DNA of 61,405 bases, counting the filler, from Squatina squatina (taxonomy: Eukaryota), in assembly GCA_031763465.1 (NCBI GenBank). It is 4 parts of 4 records of this genome, joined end to end, with 100 filler letters (N's around TTAATTAATTAA, not from the genome) between each part and the next. Parts side by side here need not be neighbours in the genome. Positions count along the whole stretch, not along the records: positions 12,911 to 32,348 come from JARFOE010000013.1; positions 32,449 to 46,781 come from JARFOE010000115.1; 2 more parts are not named here. One strand, 5' to 3'. The position numbers and the translations under genes are program-made. A model generated the notes under the pieces. That model was not told the origin of the DNA. It worked only from the letters and a program-made list of their open reading frames with translations, and did not search any database. Position 1 is the first letter of the stretch. The number at the start of each line of letters is the position of its first letter. Shown piece after piece: positions 24,298-36,078 of the stretch.

Positions 24298-26731
24298 NNN
24301 NNNNNNNNNNNNNNNNNNNNNNNNNNNNNNNNNNNNNNNNNNNNNNNNNNNNNNNNNNNNNNNNNNNNNNNNNNNNNNNNNNNNNNNNNNNNNNNNNCTC
24401 ACTGATCCGCCTGGTTAAAATTGGGCCCATTCCGCATATTAGTTTTGATCAGCAATAGCAAGTCAGCCAGTGTAGGTAATTGGATTTTACCAGGGGCAAG
24501 TTCTGATTTAAACTTGGTTTAGGGGTTCATTGTAATGCAGCAGTGGTTGAAGAAGGATCAATATTTTTTAATGATTTAGAGTAACTTTAGCTACCGCAGG
24601 ATTCAGCAGCTCTGCTTACAAGCTTTATCTTGCAGATGCTTGGCTAGCGCAATCTGGATTGAACCAGTTACCTAATTGCATCATTATCAGAGATTCTTTT
24701 TTAAGGGAATGTCTCCAAATTACATACCCTAGCTGATGTGAAACATTGCCGCTTTGTTAAAGCGAAGGAATATTCGCATTGGATCAGTACACCTGGACCA
24801 ATCAACTGCTATTCCAGTGGGGTGTAGAATGGAGGGTCAGAATGAGAGACAGAGAGAATCATTCTAATCCCCAGAACTATCATCTAACACCTGGAATGGC
24901 ACATACTGTTCACCAATTTAGGGCAATAAATCTTTTAGAACTGCTCCATACTTCATAGATAGAAAAAAAAACTTGTCTATGATAGCTGGAACCTATGGGC
25001 ACCTGCCCAAGGGAATTGTGGGATGGCTGTTTTTAGCAGTGTGGTCAGGGGTTGTGTACTGAATTTTACTGCAAACATACCCAGCCTTGTTTCAAGTTTC
25101 CCTGCTATACAGAAGCATGCTCTGTATATCAGGCCACCACTGCCTGCTCTCATCCAAACACCTAAAATTAGCCTTTAAGAATATTTCATTCCCAAATACC
25201 ACAATATCCTTTTTTTCCTTCTCTGGGTGACACTGTGTCACTATTTTAACACAGCGCTGCTTTGCAAAAAGAAAATAAAAATCCACACATGCACGCCGCC
25301 AGGGTCCGACTGACAGCGGGATCGCAGAGACGTGGGCCTCTGAAGTAAGGCAGCCAAAAATAACTTTCTTGTTTACCAAAATCTTTGTAATTCAAGATTG
25401 TTTTTCTTCAAGTTGGGAGAATCGGGAGAATAACATTTGCAGCAAAGTTTAAATGGGCAGCGGCCTCATGCTGCTGGTGGGACTGGGACTGGGGCTTGGT
25501 TCCTGTAATATCCCTATCTTTGATTTTCTTTGCTGCTGATTTTTCACCCCTCCTCTCCTCAGTGTGCTGTCTCGTGCTGGGGTAAAGTTCCACTGGTGCC
25601 AACAGTCTTCCAATACTTCGCCCAAATAGCCTTTCACTGAGACGGAATTTTCTAATGTGCCATCAAGGTAACCACTGTCAGACTGCTCCAGCCAGCGCTA
25701 TTACATGATCATGATCAGCATGGGTCGTGACAGACTATACCACTGTTGGGCAGCACCCCAGTTGACCCTGTCCTCACCCTTCCTGCACATCTGTGCATTT
25801 CCCAGTGTGGTGGGGGTCGGGGAGGAAGGCACTGAGCAGTAATCAAGAGTAGGAACACAGACTCCAATTGTAGTATCTCAACTGCTGCCCAGCTGAGTTG
25901 AGTTATTGGGCACAGACCAGAGTAGAAACTTGGGAGCTTCCTGCATGACTTAGCAGCCCACTCGAAGGTTCATTTACTCACTGAACAAGTGGGTTTGGCT
26001 GCTGCCTCNNNNNNNNNNNNNNNNNNNNNNNNNNNNNNNNNNNNNNNNNNNNNNNNNNNNNNNNNNNNNNNNNNNNNNNNNNNNNNNNNNNNNNNNNNNN
26101 NNNNNNNNCCATGTCTCCGTGATCCCAACTATATCATACTTATTAATAACTATCTGCACATCTGTTTGCTCATGGCCCTCTCATCAAAACTACTTAGAGT
26201 TCTTAAAGTGTGTTGTATTTTTATACAGTTAATTATGTGAGGTAGGCTTGATGTTAGTATGCAAGTGTGTCCATGGTATGTATAGTTAGTACATGAGTAT
26301 GTAAGTTTCGTACATAAGTGCTATAGTGGTTCCGCAGAGCACATTCCCCCTCTTGCACATGCTATTAGCAGTTCTAGCTGTTTATATTCTCTGGACATTT
26401 CACACACACAAGGCTGCCCTGCAGAATCCTCGTTTCCTTATCGTTTTAGATTTTTATTTACTGAAGCCTTTCTCGATTCACAGCCCCAACACCTCCAGCA
26501 GACATCTGAGCGCCTGTCCAACAATTAATGTTCCACTCTCAGGCCATCCTACACCTAACGTTGCTGTCCTCATACCTCTGCATTGTCCAGAATGTGATTT
26601 AATCATACCAGAATCACAGTCCACTGTACCTACTTGCTGCTGACTATTCTACCTAGTTTACTGATCCTTACAAGCCTCATTCAATGCACTGTTCCTTTTC
26701 AGTAAACCACGCTTTATACTTTGCTCCCCAG

Positions 26732-26842
26732 AAGGGTACTGCATCCCTCAATGGGATGGCATCCTTTGCTGGCCAGAAGGACCACCAGGCAAGTTGGTGC
26801 CAATGCAGTGCCCAGATTACATATACGATATCAACCACCAAG
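26732..26842 (+). CDS. PTH1R: PTH1 receptor hormone-binding domain exon ([36 protein letters not shown])
   Basis: 111-nt phase 1-1 exon with class B GPCR C-x-P-x-WD..CWP..CPDYIYD motif; cag/ acceptor and /gtaaga donor. Confidence 0.92.
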
Positions 26843-27930
26843 GTAAGAGTGTGGCTCGTAGCATCCACTTAACATTGACTAAGAGTACAATATTTTAGAG
26901 CACAGTATTTCAAACTGGAGTCATTAGAATGCATCACAGTTCAGGATTGTTTGACCATTTTTCCACAGAAAGGACATGAAGAAAAAACAGGATTACTTTA
27001 ATTGTTGAGTTTTAAAAGTGTAGCGTAGTCTTGCAAGTTAAAAAGAAGGCTTCAGGTAGGTAGTTAAGTTGCCAATGAGCGAGCGTTGATGTTGTTTCCT
27101 TATAGACTGTAAATAATAAACAATGTGCTTCTCTCCATGACTGATTAGCTCCTCACATATACTGTGTTCTGACAATCAGTTATGAAGCAGGTAAATCTTT
27201 CAATTAATTGCCTTATCATTGGATTTATCCTGTGTTTCCCTGGAATTTTTCCTGTCTATGAAAAGTGACAGAGCATCACAACCTTATTTCACCGTCAAGN
27301 NNNNNNNNNNNNNNNNNNNNNNNNNNNNNNNNNNNNNNNNNNNNNNNNNNNNNNNNNNNNNNNNNNNNNNNNNNNNNNNNNNNNNNNNNNNNNNNNNNNA
27401 GTTTTGGACTCTGGGCACATGCACAGTGCTCAGATTGTCCAAGCACATTCTACACAGGACCTTTGCAGGTAACAGCAGGCTGGGCTCATTTTGAACCTAG
27501 GTTCCAGAGTTTAACCGATGTCACCAGCTCTAGGACCTTTCTAATCTTAGCAGCTGCCAGGCTACTTACAACCAGGTCTCCGCAAATTAACACCACTCCC
27601 CAACTAACCGTATCAAAATTTGCCCTATCCCATCATCTTTTTATCTGGGCAAGAGTTAGAATGTCACAGCATCCACTCATGTTTGATATTCAGTAGTTGT
27701 TACTATTTATATATTGACTTCTTCATGAAACTTTGACAGGAAGTGGGTGAAATTCAGAGATAAAGTTTGGGATTGAGAACAAGAACATTTAAAGAGTGGC
27801 CCTCACATATAGGAGTGTCTTGAAATGTTCACATGGGGAAAGGGTGTGTGAACTGAAGAGAAATGTGCAAGATCTCACATTGTTGACTCTGTATTTGTCA
27901 CCAACCTTTGACCCTAACAGATCATTATAA

Positions 27931-28086
<156 letters not shown>

Positions 28087-29801
28087 TAATGGGCTGCAGT
28101 TTTTTGTGGATCCAAGGAGCACTCCTACATCTCCAGGATCCACAAAAATAAAAATGTAAAATTTCCTGAACTTTTTTTTGTGAGTGGCCTTCAGTGGTCC
28201 CTTTTAATCTACAGGATTACTAAATTCCTATCGAACTGGGTTGGCGCGTGCACAGCACATGATCTGCCTGTTTTGCAATCTGGGTCCAACAACCGGCATA
28301 TGACCAGGATTTCTATGTTTAAGCATCGTATGTCTGTTTCAACTGGACGAGCTGCTCGTCCATTCATAGGCCTGCCTGAATATTCCATCAGGTGTACCTT
28401 GGGCAACAAAGGGCCGGCCAGGGTGCCCCCCTGATTTTTCAACTGCTGGCCACCTCTTTTAAAACAGGCAGCCATGAACTGAATTTTTCCTCTGCTTAGT
28501 CTTGTGTCTCTCAGTTGGTCATTGGTACAACAACGTCCCATCTGCTGCTCGCTCTTCTGAGTGACCTCCTATCGGCCTTCGTGAGACTGGCGGTAGACTG
28601 AATTGTAAAAAATGCAGAGGATGCAGGGAGGTTGTTTGGCACCTCCTGTTGGGTAAAAGAGCCTAGAGTTAAACAGTTGAGCTTTGCTGAAACGTACTGG
28701 GATAATGAATGATTCTGTTCTTTAATGTGAGAGGAGGAGGAGGAGCACATCTCACCTACTTTGTCAGTACTTGCTGGTGGAAAAAGAAATATTCGGACAA
28801 AAACAAAATGGAGAGTTGGGTTCAGTTTTTTTAAAGATGTACTAGCAGCTTCAGTTATATTGAATTTTGAGAATATCCTGCTGTTTTTAAAAAAAAAAAT
28901 TGTTTAGATCACTTCTAATTTACAAAAAATATGCATAAGAGGCGAAGAAAGTTTGGTTTGCATGGGAAAAAATGACTCCACAGCAAGTTGGAAAATTGAG
29001 CCTTTCTGTCTGTTGTCTTGATCAGCAGGAAAGTTCTTTAAACTTTTCTGTACAGGTAAGGATGTGGAATTTCTAGGTATTAGTTGCGAATGTGAATAGT
29101 CTGACATTTCTAATCTACAACTAGAAAGCGCATGTTGGAGATTGATGTTAACAGGCTTTGTATGCGTCAGACAAACTCCGATATCTGACCGAAGGATAGG
29201 AAGTATAAGAATACCTCATTTATNNNNNNNNNNNNNNNNNNNNNNNNNNNNNNNNNNNNNNNNNNNNNNNNNNNNNNNNNNNNNNNNNNNNNNNNNNNNN
29301 NNNNNNNNNNNNNNNNNNNNNNNGAAGGGCCGAATGGCCTACTCCTGCACCTATTTTCTATGTTTCTAACTGGAGTTACTGAAAAATCTGATTGGCAACC
29401 ATTCACATACAAAACCTCCTGTGCCAATGTAAATCACACCATATACTGGATTGACTGACACCAGGTTACACATATTCATCCACCAAAACAACCTGGCACC
29501 CACAGGAAATTTATAAATTACACTTACAAACAGATGTGACCGTAGTGAAGGAGTTTCTTTAGGATGTGCGGATGCAGGAGCCGACAGTCGATGGTCTTGT
29601 GTCTGAAAAGACAGATTACAGTCTGTACTTCATTGACACAGGAGACGGAAAGAAACATCTGCTCCATAATAAAGGAAAATTAAAGCCTCTGCAGATTGAC
29701 CTAATTCTACAGAAATACACAAATTTGATAAACGTAAGACTATTTTTGCTGGACTACATTTGTCCATAAATTGTACTTAAAGACAATAAATGTGTTCGCA
29801 C

Positions 29802-30057
29802 CTGTATTTTGGCAGTGTTCTACCCAGAGTTTAAAGCAGCTTTCAAGCACGTCCATCTCTGCAATCAACTTTACAGAGTCACCTGAGCATTTCTTCAGAA
29901 ATTCTTCTAGCTTTTTAATTCCGTGGTCAAAGTTCTCCTGAATCATTTTTATAATGCTTTTTGATATTAAAGTCCATTGTTCCCTTTGTTTCTGGTCTTC
30001 CTTCTCTTTCTTTTTCCTTATGTTTTCTTCAGCAATGATGTCAGCTTTCTTCTTAGG
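29802..30057 (-). CDS. DDX60: DDX60 (Ski2-like antiviral helicase) internal exon
   Basis: 256-nt open exon (ttatttcacAG/../GTgcga) encoding PKKKADIIAEENIRKK..EQW..IQENFDHGIKKLEEFLKKC..VKL..EM..LESCFKLWVEHC, colinear with recalled DDX60 KAEIIARENKKR..EQKW..LKENLHSGIKSLEDFLKSC..VKLQVEMVGLTACLKAWKEHC. Confidence 0.78.
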
Positions 30058-30310
30058 CTGTGAAATAAGTGTTCAATCCACTTTTAGTTTACTCGACTCC
30101 AAAAAGAGAACATCAACAGTCCTAAGATTTATCATCACTACAGCTAAAAGGAAGATTTCATAAGTCGACTGCATCAGTGAATTGCCACTGGGAAAATTAG
30201 GTTCTTGCAGTGCGCACTGCACCAGGCTTGCTCCCCGATTCAGGCACGAGCCAAATTCTAGGCTGTGTATTTTGCCACATTTGATTGTATTTCGTTGCTC
30301 TTTTCTTCAG

Positions 30311-30679
30311 GTCCAGGGTGAGATCAAAAAGGCATGGGCACGTTGGACATTAGCACTTGACTTCAAACGCAAAGCCCGGAGCGGGAGTACCACCTACAGC
30401 TACGGGCCGATGGTGTCACACACCAACAACAGCATCAGTACCAACCTGACCACCCGAGCCCCACAGGCACTCCACCTCAATAGCCGACTGGGCAGCGGGC
30501 TGCTGAACGGGCATCGGAACCTGCCGGGCTATGTCAAGAACGGATCGGTGTCCGAGAACTCGCACCCCTCCCCTCCTGAGCAGCATGGCAAGGACGACGA
30601 ACATGGCAGGAGTTTGGGATCTCCAGGGTCCTACAAGCCTTCGTTGGTTATCGAGGAAGAGAGGGAAACTGTAATGTGA
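30311..30679 (+). CDS. PTH1R: PTH1 receptor last coding exon (cytoplasmic tail)
   Basis: VQGEIKKAWARWTLALDFKRKARSGSTTYSYGPMVSHT...EEERETVM*; strong acceptor; C-terminal ETVM PDZ ligand. Confidence 0.95.
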   Translation, partial: VQGEIKKAWARWTLALDFKRKARSGSTTYSYGPMVSHTNNSISTNLTTRAPQALHLNSRLGSGLLNGHRNLPGYVKNGSVSENSHPSPPEQHGKDDEHGRSLGSPGSYKPSLVIEEERETVM

Positions 30680-32089
30680 CTGGTAGATACTTGCACAAGA
30701 TACATCCAGCTCCACACACAACTACACTCCTCAACTATAAGACAATAGCAATGGATTGAATTTATTCTCCACTTGTTTCACTACACTGGCAAGAGCAGGC
30801 TACTCCAACTGGAAAAGACCCAATTAAATGTGGAAAGAGAATCAGGAAGACATGACACACCCAGCTGCATCATGTTATCCTTTTTCCCTCTTAAGGATTG
30901 CCTGCATCTTTTGGGTAATTATTTAGATTTTAGTCGAGCACTGTTCCTNNNNNNNNNNNNNNNNNNNNNNNNNNNNNNNNNNNNNNNNNNNNNNNNNNNN
31001 NNNNNNNNNNNNNNNNNNNNNNNNNNNNNNNNNNNNNNNNNNNNNNNNATACCCAAGTTAGAGTCCGGGGCGATAACGGGGCTCTGCGCATGGTGATGAT
31101 GTCATCACCGGCGCAGCGGAGCGGAGGCACTATGGGTTACCACCGCTTGAGGGCGCTAACGGGAGATGCAAACAACTTGAATTTCTGGGCCATTAAGTCT
31201 GTGTCTCTCACCACAGATGCTGCCTGACCTGCTGAGTATTTCCAGAATTTTCTGTTTTTATTTATTTATTCGCGTTCGCTCAGCTCCTGCAGTGAGTCCG
31301 ACTATTGAATGGAAAGGTCACTTGGTGCAATAAATAGCGGATTCCTTGAGGTACAGGGAACGGTGATGTTTTGTGTCCACAGTGCATAAGCGATAACCTG
31401 TTATAGCACCTTTAAAAACAAGCTGCACTCAGCCCGTGGGCTGATTGAGAGGCTGGATTACTGCCTCTTCACACCAGCTCTGAAGTCCCCACTTCAGCTC
31501 AGGAATTGAGGACTGAATGTAGCATTCTTGCTAAATATTTGTTGCAAATCAGGCGTTTACAGCATGCAATCGTCAAAATCTTTGACAAATACATTCCACT
31601 TAAGAAACAAATCCAATGATAGCCCTTCATATAAAGCTGGAGAACCAGGAGACAGAAAGGTAGGAGAGGCAGTGATTTTTGTTCCATCCCTGTCGGCAGA
31701 GGGATTAAAATGAAAGGCCAGAAGTTGGCCCAGCGAGTAGTGATCTTGAATTCAGACAGGCGCCATTTCATCCTCCTCCTGAAGGACAGGTAGAGAGTGG
31801 ACAGATCTGTGCTGGAGCTGACCAGAGACAGTTTGCAGAGGGATAGTGTCAGAAGAGTCTAGGATTCAGGAAAAGGAGAGAGAGAGGGAGAGAAAAGAAA
31901 GAGCAGATCAGGACAAGGCAAGCAAAACAATACGCTTTTGTTTCTAGTGATATATTTTTCTCCAATGTTTCTCTCATGTTCTGAAGCTGAAGTACAGATC
32001 CACAGGGACTGTCAGCCCTCTGTTACCTCATCCACCTGGCTATTTGACTGTGGTGGGCATTGTAACTGGACCAGATCGTGTCCTTTCGA

Positions 32090-32348
32090 GATCCTCCACA
32101 CACACACATGCTCACATGCATACATTCGGTGGCACACATGCCCATACACATATGCACACACACATGCTTGTGCACGTGTTCAGACAAACATGCACATATG
32201 GATGCACATACACACACACACACATCCGTGCATACGGACACGCCTGCAGATGCAGACACAGGCGTGTACACATGCCTGCACATAGGCATATATAACCATG
32301 CATTTGCACATGTGCGCACACTTGTGCGCAGAAGCACAGGCGTGTGAA
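32090..32348. repeat. CA/TG-rich low-complexity repeat
   Basis: Degenerate cacacacatg/catgca iterations. Confidence 0.85.
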
Positions 32349-32448
32349 NNNNNNNNNNNNNNNNNNNNNNNNNNNNNNNNNNNNNNNNNNNNTTAATTAA
32401 TTAANNNNNNNNNNNNNNNNNNNNNNNNNNNNNNNNNNNNNNNNNNNN
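32349..32448. other. Artificial scaffold-joining linker
   Basis: 44 N + TTAATTAATTAA + 44 N. Confidence 0.95.
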
Positions 32449-35400
32449 GTTCAATGCATGTTACAAAATGCTTGCTCAAATCTACCTGCAATGACTGATG
32501 CAAACCATCATATGCAAAATCCAAAGGAACTGAGATTCAAAAAATGTTTTGCAACTTAATTTCAATAATGCAGAGTCTTATTGTATGTAATGTTTAAAAA
32601 AAAAAAGAATTGTGCAAGTGAATTTCTATTACTCGCAAGAAAACAAAACTTCTGGCTGATCTGTTGGACTCTTTTTTAATGGGAACAGTTAAATTTCTTT
32701 AGCCAGTGTATTAATTTACATTCTTGGGTAACAGATGCATTTACAGCATGGCGCCTGGAGGTGGTGTTCAGGTAGGCGTGAAATCAAGCCTGCAGGCATT
32801 GACTTGCCAGTCCTTTTTCATTTTAAACTGCATTAGATTCAATGTTATTTTAGAGAAAGGCAACAGTGGAGATTAAAATGAGATGGATGAAGGAAATGTG
32901 CAGACATTCTTTTAATGGATCTGGAACGGCCATTAGTTGTTGGGGGAAATAGTATTTTNNNNNNNNNNNNNNNNNNNNNNNNNNNNNNNNNNNNNNNNNN
33001 NNNNNNNNNNNNNNNNNNNNNNNNNNNNNNNNNNNNNNNNNNNNNNNNNNNNNNNNNNNNNNNNNNNNNNNNNNNNNNNNNNNNNNNNNNNNNNNNNNNN
33101 NNNNNNNNNNNNNNNNNNNNNNNNNNNNNNNNNNNNNNNNNNNNNNNNNNNNNNNNNNNNNNNNNNNNNNNNNNNNNNNNNNNNNNNNNNNNNNNNNNNN
33201 NNNNNNNNNNNNNNNNNNNNNNNNNNNNNNNNNNNNNNNNNNNNNNNNNNNNNNNNNNNNNNNNNNNNNNNNNNNNNNNNNNNNNNNNNNNNNNNNNNNN
33301 NNNNNNNNNNNNNNNNNNNNNNNNNNNNNNNNNNNNNNNNNNNNNNNNNNNNNNNNNNNNNNNNNNNNNNNNNNNNNNNNNNNNNNNNNNNNNNNNNNNN
33401 NNNNNNNNNNNNNNNNNNNNNNNNNNNNNNNNNNNNNNNNNNNNNNNNNNNNNNNNNNNNNNNNNNNNNNNNNNNNNNNNNNNNNNNNNNNNNNNNNNNN
33501 NNNNNNNNNNNNNNNNNNNNNNNNNNNNNNNNNNNNNNNNNNNNNNNNNNNNNNNNNNNNNNNNNNNNNNNNNNNNNNNNNNNNNNNNNNNNNNNNNNNN
33601 NNNNNNNNNNNNNNNNNNNNNNNNNNNNNNNNNNNNNNNNNNNNNNNNNNNNNNNNNNNNNNNNNNNNNNNNNNNNNNNNNNNNNNNNNNNNNNNNNNNN
33701 NNNNNNNNNNNNNNNNNNNNNNNNNNNNNNNNNNNNNNNNNNNNNNNNNNNNNNNNNNNNNNNNNNNNNNNNNNNNNNNNNNNNNNNNNNNNNNNNNNNN
33801 NNNNNNNNNNNNNNNNNNNNNNNNNNNNNNNNNNNNNNNNNNNNNNNNNNNNNNNNNNNNNNNNNNNNNNNNNNNNNNNNNNNNNNNNNNNNNNNNNNNN
33901 NNNNNNNNNNNNNNNNNNNNNNNNNNNNNNATTGGCTGGTACTTGTGTTCAAAACAATTAGGTTATCTTGGTTAAGAAATTCTTTTGGTTTTTCTTCCAT
34001 ATTTCATAGACCCCAAAAACTGCGCAACAATTGTTTCAATGTATAGTATGCTTTATTCTTTTATAACAATAGGAAGCAAGTTGATAAAGCCAAGTAAGCT
34101 ACTGCCCATCTTGAGTTCCAACTCCACTTAGAGATTGATAATGGTCAAAGCCTTCAATTATCATGAAAATTCATTGCAGAAATTGCCCCTAATCTGTGAT
34201 GAAATCTGATTGTGTCTGGGGATTAGGATTGTCTTGCAGTGCTGTTGAGGGTATTCAGCTGCCTTCCTGGCTGTGCTTGTGATAGAAATGCAGGGACTTT
34301 CTTGGATTGCTGCTGGCACTGTACATGATGCAGGAAGGATCCAAATTCTCAACAATTGTTACTTTTTTTTCCAAACTCTTGTCAAACTTTACCTGAATTA
34401 GCACAAATTGAGGACAATAGTTGTGGAAACCATTGAACCGCTTCATTTATGGTAGAAGAATTAGTCATTTAATGAGTTAGAATTGTTTTTGATAGCTAGC
34501 AAAGAAAAATTTAAGGGGAACAAGCACACAACTTTTAGAATCGTATCTTTCCTATTCCATTTTTCTATATTGAACTTTTATAATGGATTTAGCATGTATG
34601 TTAATTTCATTTTAAAATATTCCCAAGATCCAATTCTTCAACCCATTTTTGGATAGCCAGCAGCATTACTGCTGGGAATATTAATGGTCAAGGTATTTAA
34701 CGTTCAAAGAAGGAGCAGTATGACATTTACTGGGTTGTTTACTAAACATGAACTCCGAGTTGAACATGCTGCAATTGTGTGCCCAACACTGGTGTTGCAA
34801 AATATTTTACAGAAAATGGAGTTCTTCAGGCTGACTGAGTAACTCCATTTCAGAAAAGCAGTGTGTTTTTGACGGGCTTCAGAGGTCTTTTACAAACCCT
34901 GTATTAAAATGGCATGAACAAGAAAGAAATTTTAAAATGGGAAGTGTGTTCACAATATCTTGATTCCTCTTCAGTTTGAAGTGAGTTAGATTATGAATTC
35001 TTCACTCATTTTCAAGTATCCAATGTGATGTCTGCAGGCTGTTTCCTAACCTGGTATTTACAGGACTTGGAAACCAGTGTGACAAAACAGGGTGTGATCT
35101 GTATTTCAGATGCTTAGGAGTACTGCAATATGGCTTTTTAATCTTTGAACTTGCACAGTGATAAACTACATTGACATTCTGAAGGATTCCAAAAATTCAA
35201 ACATTGCAATTTTAACACCAGTTACAAATATAACTAAATAGAAAAATTCTAAAGGAAAAGTGTTTTGGTGCTGGTTCTTTTAAAGATTTACAAGTCACCA
35301 AACTAGGGTTTGGTATGAAATAAAGTGAACCTATAATGAGTAGCCTATAATCAAGACTGTACACTGGACTAATGCTATTTGCTTTAATTTCCTCTTTTTA

Positions 35401-35517
35401 AAAACTGTTATCTTAATNNNNNNNNNNNNNNNNNNNNNNNNNNNNNNNNNNNNNNNNNNNNNNNNNNNNNNNNNNNNNNNNNNNNNNNNNNNNNNNNNNN
35501 NNNNNNNNNNNNNNNNN

Positions 35518-36078
35518 GGGCAAGTCAAACTGAAGAGGCTGGAGAGGTCACATGGGAGGCCCCAGCCAATCAGGTAGGTGTATCTTTCAATGAACTTTTG
35601 ACAGTTCTCAGTGATCTGTCAAGAACTGTCAAAACTTCAATAAAAGATGAGAAACAACACAAACACATCACAAAACATTTTTAAAATTATTTTAACATTA
35701 AAATTCAATTAAAAGGAGATAAGTAACACAAAAAAAAATTTTTTGAAATAAAAAAAAAATCTTTTAAAATGTTTAAAAACATACTCACCTTACTGGGAAT
35801 GATTTGTCCCATTAATATTTTTGAATTAAAATTTTTTAACATTTCTGACGATGGTAAAACCAAGCAGATACGCTAGGTTTTAACAACCGTAAGAAATTTC
35901 AAGAGATCCCCAGAAGAAAACTTTGCAAAAATATCGCAAAACTCAGTGCTGGAGATGGGCTTCCCAGCCTCGGCATTGGATCGGTCCAGAAGTTTCTGGA
36001 CAGATCGCAAATGCCGGTTATGCGCCCCAGAACCTGCTTTTGCGATGTCTCCCTGGGGAGATCGCGATTTCAGGCCCA
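35518..36078. mobile_element. Probable MITE/DNA transposon 3' part
   Basis: CpG-rich end closing in gatttcaggccc, like the other MITE termini; internal 13-bp inverted repeat ttttgacagttct/agaactgtcaaaa (35596-35634). Confidence 0.45.

Noticed and set aside
26238-26290. TGAGGTAG let-7-like seed
   Set aside because: The rest does not match let-7 and no complementary hairpin arm is evident
32023-32347. His/Thr/Cys-rich ORFs
   Set aside because: Translations of CA/TG low-complexity repeat
32915-34046. Long ORFs of 200-370 aa here and at 53628-54771 and 56036-56906
   Set aside because: Almost entirely X; artefacts of N runs
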